The notes: generated from the sequence alone by a model not told the origin. Shown: positions 25,643 through 39,167, counted from the first letter of the stretch. The stretch is 64,000 nt of DNA from Fimicolochytrium jonesii (GCF_025526975.1 NW_026515671.1:186001-250000), one strand, 5' to 3'. Made by a program: numbers and translations.

Positions 25643-26916
25643 TTATGCGCCGTCGGATAGGTTGAGGAGTAGGGTTGCTAGGCATCTATTAGGGGGTAGC
25701 GGATGTGGTGTTAGATGATGCGGAGACCTCAGTAATGGGAAAGCATCGCAAACAACCCACCTCTTGGTAGTAATATCATCCTTCAAAATCTGCGAAAAAG
25801 TGGTATCCCTCAACGGCTCCGGCAAACACTGCCTCAACGCCTCCCTCGCCCTCGAATTATCCGACAATCTCAAATAACACCTAATAACATGTTTCAGCAA
25901 CCGAATACTCTGCTGGCCAATGAGCTGATTGACCATATTGGACAGCACGGTCCCGACGGCATAGAAGCGCTCGTATGTCTGGCAGATGTAGTTGAGGCCC
26001 ATGTCGTCGAGGAGGATCTTCTGCACGATGAAGATGGCAACTGTTTTGGAGAGCTCGGAGCCGGTTTCCATTATGCGGAGGCAGAGGGGGATGATTTCGG
26101 TTGAGAGGAGGAATTTTATTACTTCCGAGTTGTCGTTTTGCTGTGGGGAAAGGATCTGGTAAGTTCGGGTTTGGAGAAAGATATGGAGTGAAGGTCAAGT
26201 CCTTACCTTAACGAGTGCGCCGATGACACCGAGACTTGTCAGACGGAGGTATTCGAAGGGTCTTGTTTTGCTCGTGGTATTCAGGAATGGGTAAAGGAAA
26301 AGGGGTATATGGGCTGAATGGAAGGACCGGAATCGAAAGTCAGATAGTGCAAAACACCGGGATGAGATCGCCGCCGCATCCGAAAGACTCGATGACACCC
26401 ACCATTGAGAAACAGCCCGCGAGTCTCGTTGTGACTCGCGACACACTGCAAGAGTGCCAAAGCGTTGCAAACACGATTGGAAGCGTGGCCCGTCAAAGTC
26501 GGCGGCATCAACATTGGGTAAACCGAGACGATCTCCTGCAATAACGACGCCATGACGCCAAACGAGTGCCACAGGATGGGCGCCAGGTCCTCATACGCCT
26601 CCCTCTTCTTGCTCAAGTCCAAGAGCGCCTGTTCGCGCATGGACGGGTAGGTCAGGTTCAGAATGAGCTGGTAGACTTCCTCCTCGTCCAACTGTGGTTG
26701 CTGGGTAAGAGCAGCCTGCTGTTGCTGCTGCTGCTGCTGGTGGACGAACTTGAGCTCTCCGGGCGGGGCATTGCCGTATCCGAGCCCTGCCGCGCTGGCT
26801 GCTGCGAGACTGGCACTTGTCGCGGATAAGGGATTGAGACCATGGAGCGAGTTGGGGAGCGGCGCGAGGTTTTGATATAGGTATGGCTGGCCGTGGTGTT
26901 GGCCGAGGGAGTGCAT
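25643..26916 (-). CDS. RCD1: CCR4-NOT subunit Rcd1/Caf40/CNOT9, multi-exon
   Basis: [119 protein letters not shown]. Confidence 0.96.
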
Positions 26917-27671
26917 GGCGGCGGACTGTTTAGGTATGTAATAGTATCGTTGGTTGCAGCTGATGCCAGGTCGATGGGGCACTTTGTGCGTGATGTCGCC
27001 GAACGCTTGTAGTGACTAACGTTTCCAAATGAAGAGACAATCGAAACAGACCGACAACTCCCGAGTGAAATACGTTATTGGCTGCCGGCCTACGTACTAT
27101 GTTCTAAGCGAGACGGGGTTCCAGTGACAGAAGTGTTATGGGTAGCGATATCGTTGTTGAAGTTGGAATTTGTGGTTGCGTTTGGGGGGGGGAGCTTTGT
27201 GAGTCCGATGAGCAGCAGCAGCCCAACAGGAGAACACGCCGTGTGCCCGACTTGTGCACCTCGCAAGTCGCCGGAGGAGGAGGACACACGCGCAGTCAGT
27301 CCGGGTTCCCATCCCCACATCGGAAATCCAAACTTTTTTCTCCATGGAAGTCGAAAGTGGAGAGATCTCCCACGAGCCTCGCTCGCATTTCCAACCACCA
27401 GAACAACACAACGGTGTCCGAACACCCACGGACGAAGCGACCGGTTCTACTTCCCTCTGAACGAGCCTGCAGCGAATATTCCGGCTATAAAAAGTTTCCC
27501 GACGTCAAAGGCACTTGAGGAACCGCGGAACCCCACAGACATTCTCGAGATTTTTGAAGAGACAATCGAATACTACTGAATAAGAGGAGCAGCGAGACCT
27601 TGCACAACATATCCTTCGGTACTTAACGGATGTTCAGAATCGTGTGCTTCTGAACCCCCCGAGTCTGACAA

Positions 27672-30600
27672 ATGTTTTCGGCTGCGACTGGTTGTGACTT
27701 TTCCTGTCGCAGAACCCTGCTCCTTGCAGCTAGACCCCCATCTCGCCGGAACTTCTTCACTTACCTCAACATACGACGGACTACTCCTGCCACAACTACA
27801 ACTACTGCTGCAGCAACAGTCATGAGCCATAACAGCAACTATCAATATCGCCCGCCGCACATGCGTGCCCCTAACCCATTTGCAAACCCGAACAATAGAA
27901 GCGCTAGCGGCTTTTCCCATCCTCTTCCTGAACGCCCCGGTCCTTCACCATCTCAAGCGAGGCTCTACCCGCCTTCGCGAGGCCACGCTGACTTTCCACC
28001 GGAACATATCATGCAACGCAACGCCTCCACAGTCGCTGCAGCACCGGATCGACATGCCCCTCCTCCTCCTCAGCAGCACTCCATGGACTACGATGTACCC
28101 ATGCTATCGAGCAACGAGCTGAACCAACTGCAGCGGTACTTCACATATTACGACGCAAAGATAGAGCCTTCCTACGAGCAAATCCCCCTGCAAAGATCGG
28201 TTCGAGGTGGTGGAGCTCAGGTGGCATTCGTAGCGAAATTGGAGGTGCCCAGCCCAGCAGGCCCAAATTTGCACATGCAGGCTGAGGACAAGTCGAAAAA
28301 GGGGGCGAAATTCGCGTTGATGGCAAAAGTCAAGATGGAGTTGGACAGGTCCGGATGGTTAGCCGCCCTCCCAGACTCGAAGAAAAAACGATCTCGCCCG
28401 GCGCATAAAGGTCCCGCGGCGACTCCTTCACCTGTGCCGCCACGGGTGAAATCCGCTCGCGATGATAAAGACGATGAGGTTGCAGATAGCTGGGAAAGTC
28501 TAGCTGTCAACGAGAGGCAAAGAGGCGGTAGGAGGGATGCGCGAGGAGGCGCACCGGCTAGGAAGAACGGCGCGCCACAACCCACAGCGGACCCGTGGGA
28601 TATAAACGGCATGCGAGCCCCAGCGCCACCTAAAGCGAACTCGGTTGTCAAGGATGCATGGGACGACGATGGTGATTTGGACGAGGGTCTGCCGAATTTG
28701 CAGGTGACACATAGCACCAGAAGATCCAGCTCACAGGCGCGAAGCTCGTCAATGAGCCGTGAGAGCCCTCCTCCCCCGACTTTGTCGACACTGCTACACA
28801 CAGCGAAATCGATTAACTGGTTTGGCGACAACAACGCACAATCCAGCTCGTCAGGCGGCCGAGGCTACCCAGAGATGCCCTACCCATCCTCATCCAACTA
28901 TCGCGGCCCATCCCCAACCGGCAGCAGTCGCCCCGAAAGCATCCTCCCCCGAGTTGACGACGTCGAAAAGAAGTTCGTGGCCGCCTACTGCAAAGCGGTC
29001 AACGTCCATGAGCCGAACGTGAAAGCGTACGAGGACCGACCAGCCCGCAAACAACGTGGGTCGCGGGGACGGGGCGGGTCGGGGCACAGTGGGAAGACCG
29101 GGTGGCATGCGGAGATGTTCATACCGCACCACACATTCAACGGACAGCGTGTGGTGGACATCCACATAACGGTTATGGACCACAGCAAAAAGAGCGCTAT
29201 TCAGAAGACGTGGGTCAAAGCTGTACGGCACTTATTAAATATCGTCGATCCGAACTTCATTGAAGCTTTCAAAGAGGGCTTGAAGAGCATCAAGCAGCGG
29301 ATCAATGAGCAGTTGAACGAGCCGTTAAGGATCAACATCTCCGAGTCTGCGCTTATGAGGCTAGACACCATGCTGGGTCGAGTGCAGAAGGAGGGCGCGT
29401 TCGAGTTCCAGGAAACCCATCGGCCCGGTAACTCTGTGGAGGATTACCTCGGCCTCAGCTCTTCTTCCCACACCATGCCGGCCCATCTCAGAAGCAGGCC
29501 GCTGGTCCATCCGGACGATATTGCGATACCAAGGGAATTGGAAAACAACAAACTGCCTATTTTCACGCGGTATCAGGAGATTATGGCTGCGATTGATAAC
29601 AACGCGGTTACGATTCTGGCTGCGGAGACGGGAGCGGGTAAAACCACGCAGATCCCGCAGTTCATCCTCGCGCACGAGAACTTAAAGCGAGCGAAGGAAG
29701 GTGGGACGAACACGACGAATATCGTCATCACCCAACCACGTCGTATCGCTGCCATCTCCGTCGCGCAACGTGTCGCGAACGAGAGGGGTGAACAGGTCGG
29801 TCGCAACTCCGCCATCGGATACACGGTGCGATTCGACGATAAGCGCCCAACCACCGACCCAGCCAACGGCCACGCCATCTTCTGCACGTCCGGAATCCTG
29901 CTGAAACGGTTACAGCAAGACCCGCAACTCCGCAACGTCTCCCACATCATCCTCGACGAAGTCCACGAACGTGATTTGAACACCGACCTCCTCCTCATCA
30001 TCGTCCGCCAACTCGTCAAAGCCCGCCCGGACCTCCGCGTCATCCTCATGTCCGCCACCGCCGAAACGGAGTTGTTCCAATCCTACTTCAGAGGCTTCGG
30101 CACCGTCGGCCCGGACCGGTCCCCGCCTATCATCAACGTCAAGGGACGCATGTTCCCTGTTGAGCAGCATTTCCTCGAAGACATCGAGCACCTCCTCCAG
30201 GCTCCCCGAGCCCTGCCCGCCCGGTTCAACCCAAGCAAGGAATCCGTGCATTGGTACCGCAACGAAACGGGCCCGATGATAGCCGCGCGTGGCGACGACC
30301 CGGTGCCGTACGACTACATCGAAGCTTTGATTGCCCATATCGCAACCTGCAGGGACGAAGGCGCCATTCTCGTATTCTTGCCCGGTTGGCAGGAGATTGA
30401 TACGCTGCAGCAACGGTTGAGGGAGGATGAGCGGTATCGGGTGGGCTTTGCGAATGAGAGGATGTTTAGGATTTTTCCGCTGCATTCGCAGGTGCCGACG
30501 GATAAGCAGCAGGCGGTATTTGAGCCGGCGCCTCCTGGGGTGAGGAAGATTATTTTGTCAACCAATATTGCGGAGACTAGTGTTACGGTATGTTTTGCGA

Positions 30601-32265
30601 CTCGTTCGGGACTGGTTTTTGGGGAGATGGCTTTTGTGCTAAATTCTGAACTACTGTTTCATATAGATCAACGACGTAGTGTACGTAATCGACCTCGCCA
30701 AACTCCGCATGAACTCCTACGACGCCGACCGCCGCATCTCCTCCCTCAACTCCGTCTTCGCCTCCCTCTCCAACCTCCGCCAACGTTCCGGTCGTGCCGG
30801 GCGAGTCAGGCCCGGAATGTACTTCTCCCTCCTCTCCCACAAACGCAAGCAACGGTTACCTTACTCCATGCCACCGGAGTTACTCCGTGTGGATCTGCAG
30901 GCGACGGTGTTGAAGGTCAAATCTCTGAATTTGGCCCGGCGTGTCGCGGATGTGTTTGCCGCTGCGCCACAGTCGCCGAACCCGGGGGCTGTTATTCGTG
31001 CGGTGCAAGATTTGCAGAGTCTAGGCGCGCTGGATTCGAAGGAGGAGCTGACGACCATCGGGCAGGTGTTGTCGAATATGCCTGTCGACCCGTGGATCGG
31101 TAAAATGGTGTTGGAAGCTGCCACGCTGGGGTGTTTGGACCCTATTTTGACTATTGCGGGCGGAATGGAGATCGGCCGTGGGATTTTCGCGATCCACCCT
31201 GACGAGAAGGATAAAGGCCGCGCGCATATCCTGACGCGGTATGCGCGGGACACGGAGAGCGACCACCTTACGCTGTTGCAGGCTTTCCGCGGGTGGAAGA
31301 AGGTCCACGATAATGGCCGGTTCGCGGATTCGAAACAGTATGCGTTCAGGAATTACCTGCATCACACCAGTTTGCAGAATATTGAGCGGAGCAGGCAGCA
31401 GTTGTTGAAGATTTTGGAGGATGCTGGGTTTGTGTCGAGGCAACGGAGACGTGATGTTGGCGAGGAGGCGGGTGCTGCTGTGGCGAGGAGTAGTGGGTTG
31501 GAGGGGATGGTTGGGGATGAACGGAGCAATGCACTGGCGCACAATTTTGCGCTTGTTAGAGCTGTCATTTGCGGCGCGCTGTACCCCAACGTTGCGGAGA
31601 TCACGGGCAAGGATGAATATGCGACCGCTACGGTTAGCAGGTTGCGACTCACCACCGCAAGCGTCAACAGCATGCGTGGATTGACGATCGCAGCGAGCGG
31701 TGCGACGATGGAGAACACTGGTCGCGGATCGCCAACAGGTTCCACCGGGTCCGACGTCGGAGACTACGACTACATTCCCGAAGACGGTGACGAAACCAAC
31801 AGCGTCGCCGGCGGAAACGGGGGTGCAAACACCACCAGCACAATAGTACCCGCAGCCCCCGCAACCCCCGCCCGCCTGCTAGCCTTCCAAGAAAAACAAC
31901 AGGTCGACTCCCAACTCTACGCCCGCAACACCACCCGCGTCGACCCCGCATCCCTCTTCCTCTTTGCCTCCACGGCGCCGGCCGACACGACCTGGCGCGA
32001 CGGCCGCCCTTGCCTGCTCTTCGATAACTGGCTCGTCATGGGCGTCCCCTCCGCACACCATGTCCGCGTGCTTGTGGAGTTGAGGGGCGCGTTGCAGAGG
32101 TATATCAAGTGGGCGGTGTGGCGCGCTCAGAGGAGGGCGGAGGGACGGGTGGCGAGAGAGGAGGAGGAGAGGGATTTGAGGTGGGATGTGATGGGGACGG
32201 CGTTGGTGAGGGAGATGGCGGGCTTGTTGGAGGATTTGGAGAGGGTGGGGAAACGGGTGGAGTAG
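27672..32265 (+). CDS. DExH/RHA-family RNA helicase with two dsRBD-like segments (DHX30/DHX9/DHX36-like), 2 exons
   Basis: AETGAGKTTQIPQFIL, TQPRRIAAISVAQRVA, DEVHER, MSAT, AILVFLPGW, STNIAETSVT|INDVVYVID (intron 30588-30666), QRSGRAGRVRPG, HA2 (SDHLTLL), CGALYPNVA; dsRBD-like KSKKGAK..A and HSKKSAIQK helices. Confidence 0.93.
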
Positions 32266-32601
32266 ATGTTGGGGACGGACGTCCTGGTTGATTGCTTTTG
32301 CAAACTCGGTCTTTCCGCATGATTCGTATCCCATACCTGCATCTCGTAGATATGTAGCATAGCCTCTCGCATCTCTTGGTTGTAATATTTTGTTTATTCG
32401 TCTTTATTCACATCTTTGCTTTCATATCGTATCATATCGTCGTCGCCGTGTGCCTTCCTTCCGTCCTGTTTCTCCGAGATTCACGCGTTTTGGAGCTGTT
32501 CTGGGATTTCCAACTCTTGGAGAAATCACCCAACGGCCCAATAAGACCCTACGCCATCCAGACCTTCCTCTCGGCCACCCCCACCTGATAACCGGAGGGA
32601 A

Positions 32602-33983
32602 ATGGAAGCACCACTCAGAAGAGGCTGCTTGGGCGTTGGACGGCGGTTCGCATTGGACACCCTTGCACGGATAGGGCGGAATGGCGGGCGGAGTGTGTGC
32701 AGTTCGGCGGTGCGGAGGCATAACAATCCATTGGTATGTCTCGAGGGGTGAAGGGCGAGCTCCTCAGATTGGGGAAGGGGTGTGGCATCCACGCACCCAA
32801 ACATGCCCAACGTCGTATTCCCAACACCTTTCTCAACAACCACTTTCCCGCACTTAGAACCTCCCACCACGACCGGCCCCACCACGACAACCCCGGACCC
32901 TCCCTGATCGCCCGCCCCCACCTCCACTGCCACGGATGGCGCGCGGGCTACCGGTCAAGACACCCATCGCGGGCGTGAAGCACGTCGTGGCGGTCGCGTC
33001 GGGGAAGGGCGGGGTTGGGAAGTCTACCACTGCCGGTAATCTTTGCCTCTGTTGTGCAGAGACGAACCCTTCAAATCTGACGTTACCGAGATGTTTAGTG
33101 AACCTCGCCGCAACCCTAGCGAACCACCAAAACCTGCGCGTCGGCCTCCTCGACGCCGACCTCTTCGGCCCCTCCATCCCCCTGATGCTCAACCTACGCG
33201 GGCACGAACCCGAGCTGAACGACAAAGGGATGCTGGTGCCGTTGGTGAATTACGGGGTGAAGGCGATGAGTATGGGTTTCCTAGTACGAGAGGAGGATGC
33301 GGTTGTTTGGAGGGGATTGATGGTGATGAAGGCGTTGGAGCAGCTGCTGAGGCAGGTGGATTGGGCGGGGACGGATGTGCTTGTGATTGATATGCCGCCG
33401 GGGACGGGGGATACGCAGTTGACGATCACGCAGCAGGTTCCGTTGGATGGTAGGGGGGCGTGCAATCTCGGTTTTTTTGCTTTTGCGGCCTGTAATCGGG
33501 ACCCCTCCCCCCCCCCCGGTGATGTCGGTTGTGGCTTACATATACCTTGTTGTGTTCCAACGAATAGGTGCGATCATCGTATCAACTCCGCAAGATATAT
33601 CCCTAGCCGACGCAAAGAAGGGCGTTGCCATGTTCAACAAAGTCAACGTGCCGGTATGTCGCATCCCCTTCACACCCTCATCCATCCCTCCACTCACCTA
33701 CCTCTTCACCTAGATCCTCGGCATGGTCCAAAACATGTCCCACCACATCTGCACCAACTGCGGTCACACATCGCACGTCTTCGGGCACGGTGGCGTTAAG
33801 CGCACCGCGGCGGAAATGGGCCTACCGTTACTGGGCGACATTCCGTTGCATTCGGACGTGTGCGAGACCTCGGATGTGGGCACGCCGATTGTGGTGGCGA
33901 GGCCGGACAGTGAGCATGCGAGGGTTTATAGGGAGATGGGGGAGAAGGTTTGGGCAAAGTTAAGTGCTGGGAAGAAAGTTTAG
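32602..33983 (+). CDS. IND1: Mitochondrial Mrp/NBP35-family Fe-S ATPase Ind1/NUBPL, multi-exon
   Basis: Presequence ..[11 protein letters not shown] from ATG 32602; [80 protein letters not shown]. Confidence 0.93.
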
Positions 33984-34292
33984 GGCAAATGCGGGCTGGT
34001 AGGTGTGGGTGTAGATAAGTTCGGGATAGATTGTAATTTAGTCGATTGTGGGAATAGCTGGCTGTATACATAAAATAGGTTATGTCTTTGCCCCACCAAT
34101 ACCGTTGATTATCAGTGCATTGCACTCGATCGGATACCCACGATGGTCCAGCCCAAAACAAACACCCCGAACATCCTACTGGCGCCTCGACAAGCGGCGG
34201 CGGGCCTTACGCAGACATTGCTCCTACTTTCCATCTATAGCGCAACCCTCCTTCCTTCCTCTTCCCCTCATTCCACCGTAAGCTCCCCCTTT

Positions 34293-35975
34293 TCAAAGTA
34301 TAATCTTATACTTATGCTCCCTCGGCACCAGATTCACCGCAACGCGGCCGTCATACGACAACGACGCAAAGATCCACGGATCCGCGGCGCTCCATTCCGC
34401 GGCGTACACGCTGTCTTCGTGCTGCTGGTCGAAGACTGCGACGAGGCCGTCGGTTGGTTTGCTAATTCAAAATGGCAAAGTAAGCAGAATGAGGAATGCA
34501 AACGGACGGAGCCGACATACCCCCTATATTCATCAGCCTCGTCCTCAGCATCGTCCTCGGCGTCAGACGATTCATCCGACAGAGGCGCTGAGGAGATGGA
34601 GATGATGCTGTGCAGGTTGACTTTGCAGTCCGAGCCGGCGGAGAGGAAGAGTTGGTCGTGGAAGCGGTTGAAGCGGACTGACCAGACCCTGTCGTTGTGA
34701 AGAAAACAACCACCCTCAGCTGTATGAACACATCTTTCTTGTTGATGGAGTCACACATACCAATGAGAATGATTAGAAACCTCCTTAATCGGCTCCGCCA
34801 CATTCCGGGTATCCCAAAACCTGATCTTGCAATCATCCCCGCCCGTCGCGAGCTGGTATGGTTTGTTAGAGTTGTGGTCGATGTCTCTTACTGTGCCGGC
34901 GTGCGCTTGCGGGATCTCGTAGGTCTGTCTCTTGAACGTGCAGAAAGGGATTCTAAGTACGTGGGATCGGCAACAGAGGTGTGTGAGGTGGGATGGTGGG
35001 CTTACTTTGATGAGCGGATGTCGAAGGCGTGGACGGAGGTGCCGGTGCCGGCTGCGATGAGGCTGCCGTGGGGACTCCAGCTTGCGCAGGTGGATTGGCG
35101 TTTGGGATCCTTAGGCTCTATTATCCGTATTGTGCTCTGGGGCTATTGAATTTACGTCACACATCGAAACGTGTGAAAGGAAACCAGATGTTTGTTGAGA
35201 AACATTTGCATACCGATATAGACTCGGCACCCTCGCGCACCGCAAACACCCCCAACGAATGCGGGCTCAACGCAACGAGGCTGTTCTCCGTCCCCAGCGG
35301 ATCCCAGTAGATATGTCTGATCTCGCCTAACGTCTCAGTCGACGCAAACTCAGTGATCTTGTCTAGGGTTCCTGAGTCGTTGCGCAGTTTGCCAATTTCG
35401 TCTGGCTCGGGGAGCTTGAATTGCCATAACCGCGCTCGGCAGGGATGATTCGCTGTTCACCCGTGATGTTCTCCATTAGCGATAGTGATGGATCTGTTCG
35501 GGTAGAGGAACATCTCCCGTGGATATCACCATACCTTCTTTCGACACGGTCGCCACTAGATCTGCTTTGGATCCCGACGGGGCGATATCGCGCACCTCAT
35601 GCGGGTGTTCCAGTTTATGGCTCGTAATGATGGACTCGTCCTCGTCAAAGTCGATCAAATGGAGCTATGTGCCAGCGAAGGTCAGCGTTTGCGAGACCTT
35701 CCCCCAAACCCTCTCGCGTTCTTCGCTCTCTTCGTCCTGGCACAGAGTAGCGGCGCCTCCAGCAAACTAACGAGGAATATGATCTCACCTCGTTGGTTTG
35801 CTTGAGATCCTGCGTCCCGACAAAGAACCTGCTTCGTTCCTGTTCTGCGGACTGCGCTTTGAGGCACCTGGCCTGGAAGAAGATGCCTGTTTAGGATGGG
35901 CTGACTGGAAGTGGGGGGGTGTCAGAGCACGCGTACCTGGTGGGTCAGCCCGTAGATGCCTCCTTCTGTTTCCAT
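34293..35975 (-). CDS. EIPR1: WD40 protein EIPR1/TSSC1 (EARP/GARP interactor), multi-exon
   Basis: [13 protein letters not shown] start, [90 protein letters not shown]. Confidence 0.88.
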
Positions 35976-36193
35976 ACCGCCGATATGTGAGATGCCGATG
36001 AGAAGTGGGTTTTAGAGTGCTTGCGTCGTTATGGCTCAGGAGTTGGGATGGGCCTCATGGGCCCTCGTTGCCGGCGGACGAGGACGCGTTGCTCCAGCCG
36101 TTCGCCGAGTTCGCCGTTCTCAGGCAGCAACGAGACAACCCCAACGACGATCTACTGACCCAAACTCCAACCCGCCCAACACAACCAACAACC

Positions 36194-36953
36194 ATGCCAC
36201 CCAAAGGAAAAGCAAAGGCCGACCCCGTCCCGACCCTCGAGGAAGATGACATCGACAACATGGACTTTGACCTGCCGGAGGAGGTGCTCCGCCGGCCACC
36301 ACAACAGTCCGCCGTTGCCGTTTCCGCATCCTCCTCCACCGGCTCGTTACCATCAGGAGCGACTGAAGCCACTGCCGCTATGCGGGAAGCTGTCAAAAGG
36401 TACTTCAAGAAGGAGTTGGGGAAGGGACGTACTTCAGTTGGATTATGGCAGGAGACGGCGCAAAGGACCACTCACCCTCACACATTGCACTCCCACCAGC
36501 TGGACAGTAGTCTACCCCATTTACATCTCCTCCGCCGGCCGCGCGCACCGCAAAATCCCACTCAAAGAATGCCCCACCGCAACCCCCTCCGCCGTCTACA
36601 TCGCCGAATGCGTGCGCTTCCTCCGTCTCCCCGCCGCCATCGAAGCCGACAAGCGGCACCCCGCCGACCCACTGGTCTTTGGCCGGATCCGCGTGCAACT
36701 GCGCGACGACTCAACAAAGACGCCGCTGAATGGGAAGATCCGCACGAAACGGGAGCTGTTGAGGGAGATTGCAAAGATATATAATGGGATTGAGGAGAAG
36801 GTGAATGCGAGCGATCCGCAGGCAAGGGCGATGGCCGCGGCGAGTCGGAGTGAGGTGTCGAGTATCGTCGAGGAGATGGTGAAGGAAATCAAGGGAAAGG
36901 AGGCGACGGCGGGGCAGGGCGGTGGGTCGAAGAAGAAGAAGGGGAAGAAATAG
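36194..36953 (+). CDS. SRP19: Signal recognition particle subunit SRP19/Sec65, 2 exons
   Basis: DDIDNMDFDLP, intron 36400-36499, WTVVYPIYI..RKIP, EADKRHPADPLVFGRIRVQL, IRTKRELLREIA, KKKKGKK tail. Confidence 0.92.
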
Positions 36954-37493
36954 GGACGACATTAGGTTTGAAGGGGTTGGTGGTGGAGATGCGACACCAG
37001 CTGCGGACCTCTGTGGCTCTGGCCAGTCCTCCCTCCGAGTCGTACGCATTCGCCACCGCATCCCTCGTTCGTTATCTGGGGAATGCGCTTTGCAGGGCCC
37101 CTATCTCCCAGGCAGCAGCATCTCCCCCGCATATCGAGATGGATCTTTTCGCATAGGGGAACTCTAGGGAGATTGCAGCGTATGGGAAGCGTCTTAGCTT
37201 TACGCAACCAAGCTCACTACTGTATTGATCGGCAGATAGTGACGAATATACAAATATGCATCCAACAACCTGCTTTGCCGTGATGTGAACCTGCTTTGCT
37301 AGCACCGCACTTCATACCGCCGATATGCTCCGTTCGCAGCCCCACGGAACTGTACACCGTTGCCAAATGAAAAGAGAAACAACAATGTTCACGCCAGCCT
37401 ATCCTCTCACCCAGTACATCCGCTCATCCCCCTCCGCACCCAAACCTACAGCTCCCCAACCCCATTCATCCATACACTCCGTATCCTCGCCCC

Positions 37494-39167
37494 TCACGCA
37501 TCCTTCACCTGACACCGTACCCAAAACCTCCTCACCCGACTCGCCCCATCCCTATCCTGGCCCTCCTGCCGCCCCCACACCCACCCACACCCCTGGTTCA
37601 CCACGCTCTCCAGCTGCACACTCCCGTAATCCGGGTCCAGGCACACCGTCTTCGTCCCCTTGACCACCACATGGCGTTGGTCCGTCGCGCATCTGGGGCA
37701 CAGGTAGGTGTTGTAAGCGGGGACGTAGAAGGCGGATGGGGCCGTGAGTGTGGGCGGGAGGGCGGAGCAGATGACGCAGCGGCGGGCGAGGTAGGTGAAG
37801 AGGAGGCGGTAGGGGGCCCCGGTGGGTTTGTCGAGTGCGGGTGGGGGGGTGGTGTGGTCGTCGTAGCCGGTTATGTATGGCGGGGGGCTGAAGGGGAGGG
37901 GTTGGAGGGACGGGTGGGTGGTGAAGTAGGCGCTGGTTGTGGACCGCCATTTTTGGCGTGGGTAGGTTGAGTAAAACAGGTGATGCCAGAAGGCTGCGTC
38001 GGTGGATGATGTTAGGCGGTGGAAGCTTTTACAGACCAGTGGCAAGACATCGAGTGCCATGTTGGTCGGATGATATTGCTCGAAGAGAGGAAGCGAGTAC
38101 GACGGGCTGAACAGCGCAGGCTCATTGGCATACCAGGAATCATTATCATAGTCGATATTCTCCGGGTTGTCCCAGTCCGGGCAGCTATCAGACTCATCGT
38201 AGTCGGAGTAGTACTCGGGGTCTTCTGGGTCATTTTCGTGGTCCTCCGGATTCGACTCGCTTTCGATATCATCTTCGCTCTCTTCGTCTCCGTTCCCGGC
38301 GTCGGACTTGGCCCTGTCGGCCTCTTGTCGTTGACGTGCGGCTTCCTCCTTTTGCCGTTCGGCTTCCCGTGCGCGTACTTCCGCATGAGTGCACGGGAAG
38401 TTCCCCGACGTCTTCTCTCCTACGGGACCCCAGAACGGGATCCTGAACGGCTCCCCGCCCAGATGCAGGTTCGCGTTGACCAACCGATACCGCCCATCAT
38501 GCGTCGCAGCGAGGACCAAGATGTACTGCAAGATCTCATCCGGCAACGCCAACATCCTCGCCGCCCCACTCCCACCCTCCACCCTCGCCCGCCTCTCCTC
38601 CCTAATCCTCCTCCTATTCTCCCACACCCTCCTCAACATCTCCCCCTCCACCCTCCGCTTCTCATCAACCATCCCCTGCAACATCCCCGTCCACACCTCC
38701 ACCATCCCCCTCAACTCCCCCTCGTCGCTGACATCATGGTACGTCCGCGGCATGAACCACACGCTCGGGGTCGGCCACAGCGCCGCAAAATGCGTCGGCA
38801 GCGGGTCCCAGCAGTCCAGATGGAAATGCACGCCGCTCCCCGCCGCTCCACATGCGGATGCCCAGTCCGGTGTGCCGCGCGCCTCGCGGATGATGTAGCG
38901 GCGGGCCACGGGATCCGTGGGGCGGACGCGCCAGCGGGAGATGAGCGGTGAGGAGCATTTGTGGCAGTACAGGAACGAGTCTTCCGAGGGGTCGCAGTGC
39001 CAGTGGGTGAGGATCGAGGGCGTGCTGTGCGGGTTGCGCGGGGGGAGGTCGGGATGGGTGGGGGGGATGGGGATGTCGTCGTCGGAGCCGGAGGAGGGGT
39101 GGGCGTGCGACCCGTCGTCGGAGTAGCCGTCGCCTTCGTAGGGGATGGGACCATGAAACTCGGACAT
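37494..39167 (-). CDS. F-box protein with N-terminal CxxC..HxxC and C-terminal CxxC..CxxC Zn-finger-like motifs
   Basis: Long open frame; MLALPDEILQYIL..(long insert)..LPLVCKSFHRL...FW F-box pattern; CHKC..FHLDC; CVIC..LCPRC. Start chosen at MSEFHG (39167); the open frame extends to 39347. Confidence 0.72.
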   Translation of the reverse strand: MSEFHGPIPYEGDGYSDDGSHAHPSSGSDDDIPIPPTHPDLPPRNPHSTPSILTHWHCDPSEDSFLYCHKCSSPLISRWRVRPTDPVARRYIIREARGTPDWASACGAAGSGVHFHLDCWDPLPTHFAALWPTPSVWFMPRTYHDVSDEGELRGMVEVWTGMLQGMVDEKRRVEGEMLRRVWENRRRIREERRARVEGGSGAARMLALPDEILQYILVLAATHDGRYRLVNANLHLGGEPFRIPFWGPVGEKTSGNFPCTHAEVRAREAERQKEEAARQRQEADRAKSDAGNGDEESEDDIESESNPEDHENDPEDPEYYSDYDESDSCPDWDNPENIDYDNDSWYANEPALFSPSYSLPLFEQYHPTNMALDVLPLVCKSFHRLTSSTDAAFWHHLFYSTYPRQKWRSTTSAYFTTHPSLQPLPFSPPPYITGYDDHTTPPPALDKPTGAPYRLLFTYLARRCVICSALPPTLTAPSAFYVPAYNTYLCPRCATDQRHVVVKGTKTVCLDPDYGSVQLESVVNQGCGWVWGRQEGQDRDGASRVRRFWVRCQVKDA

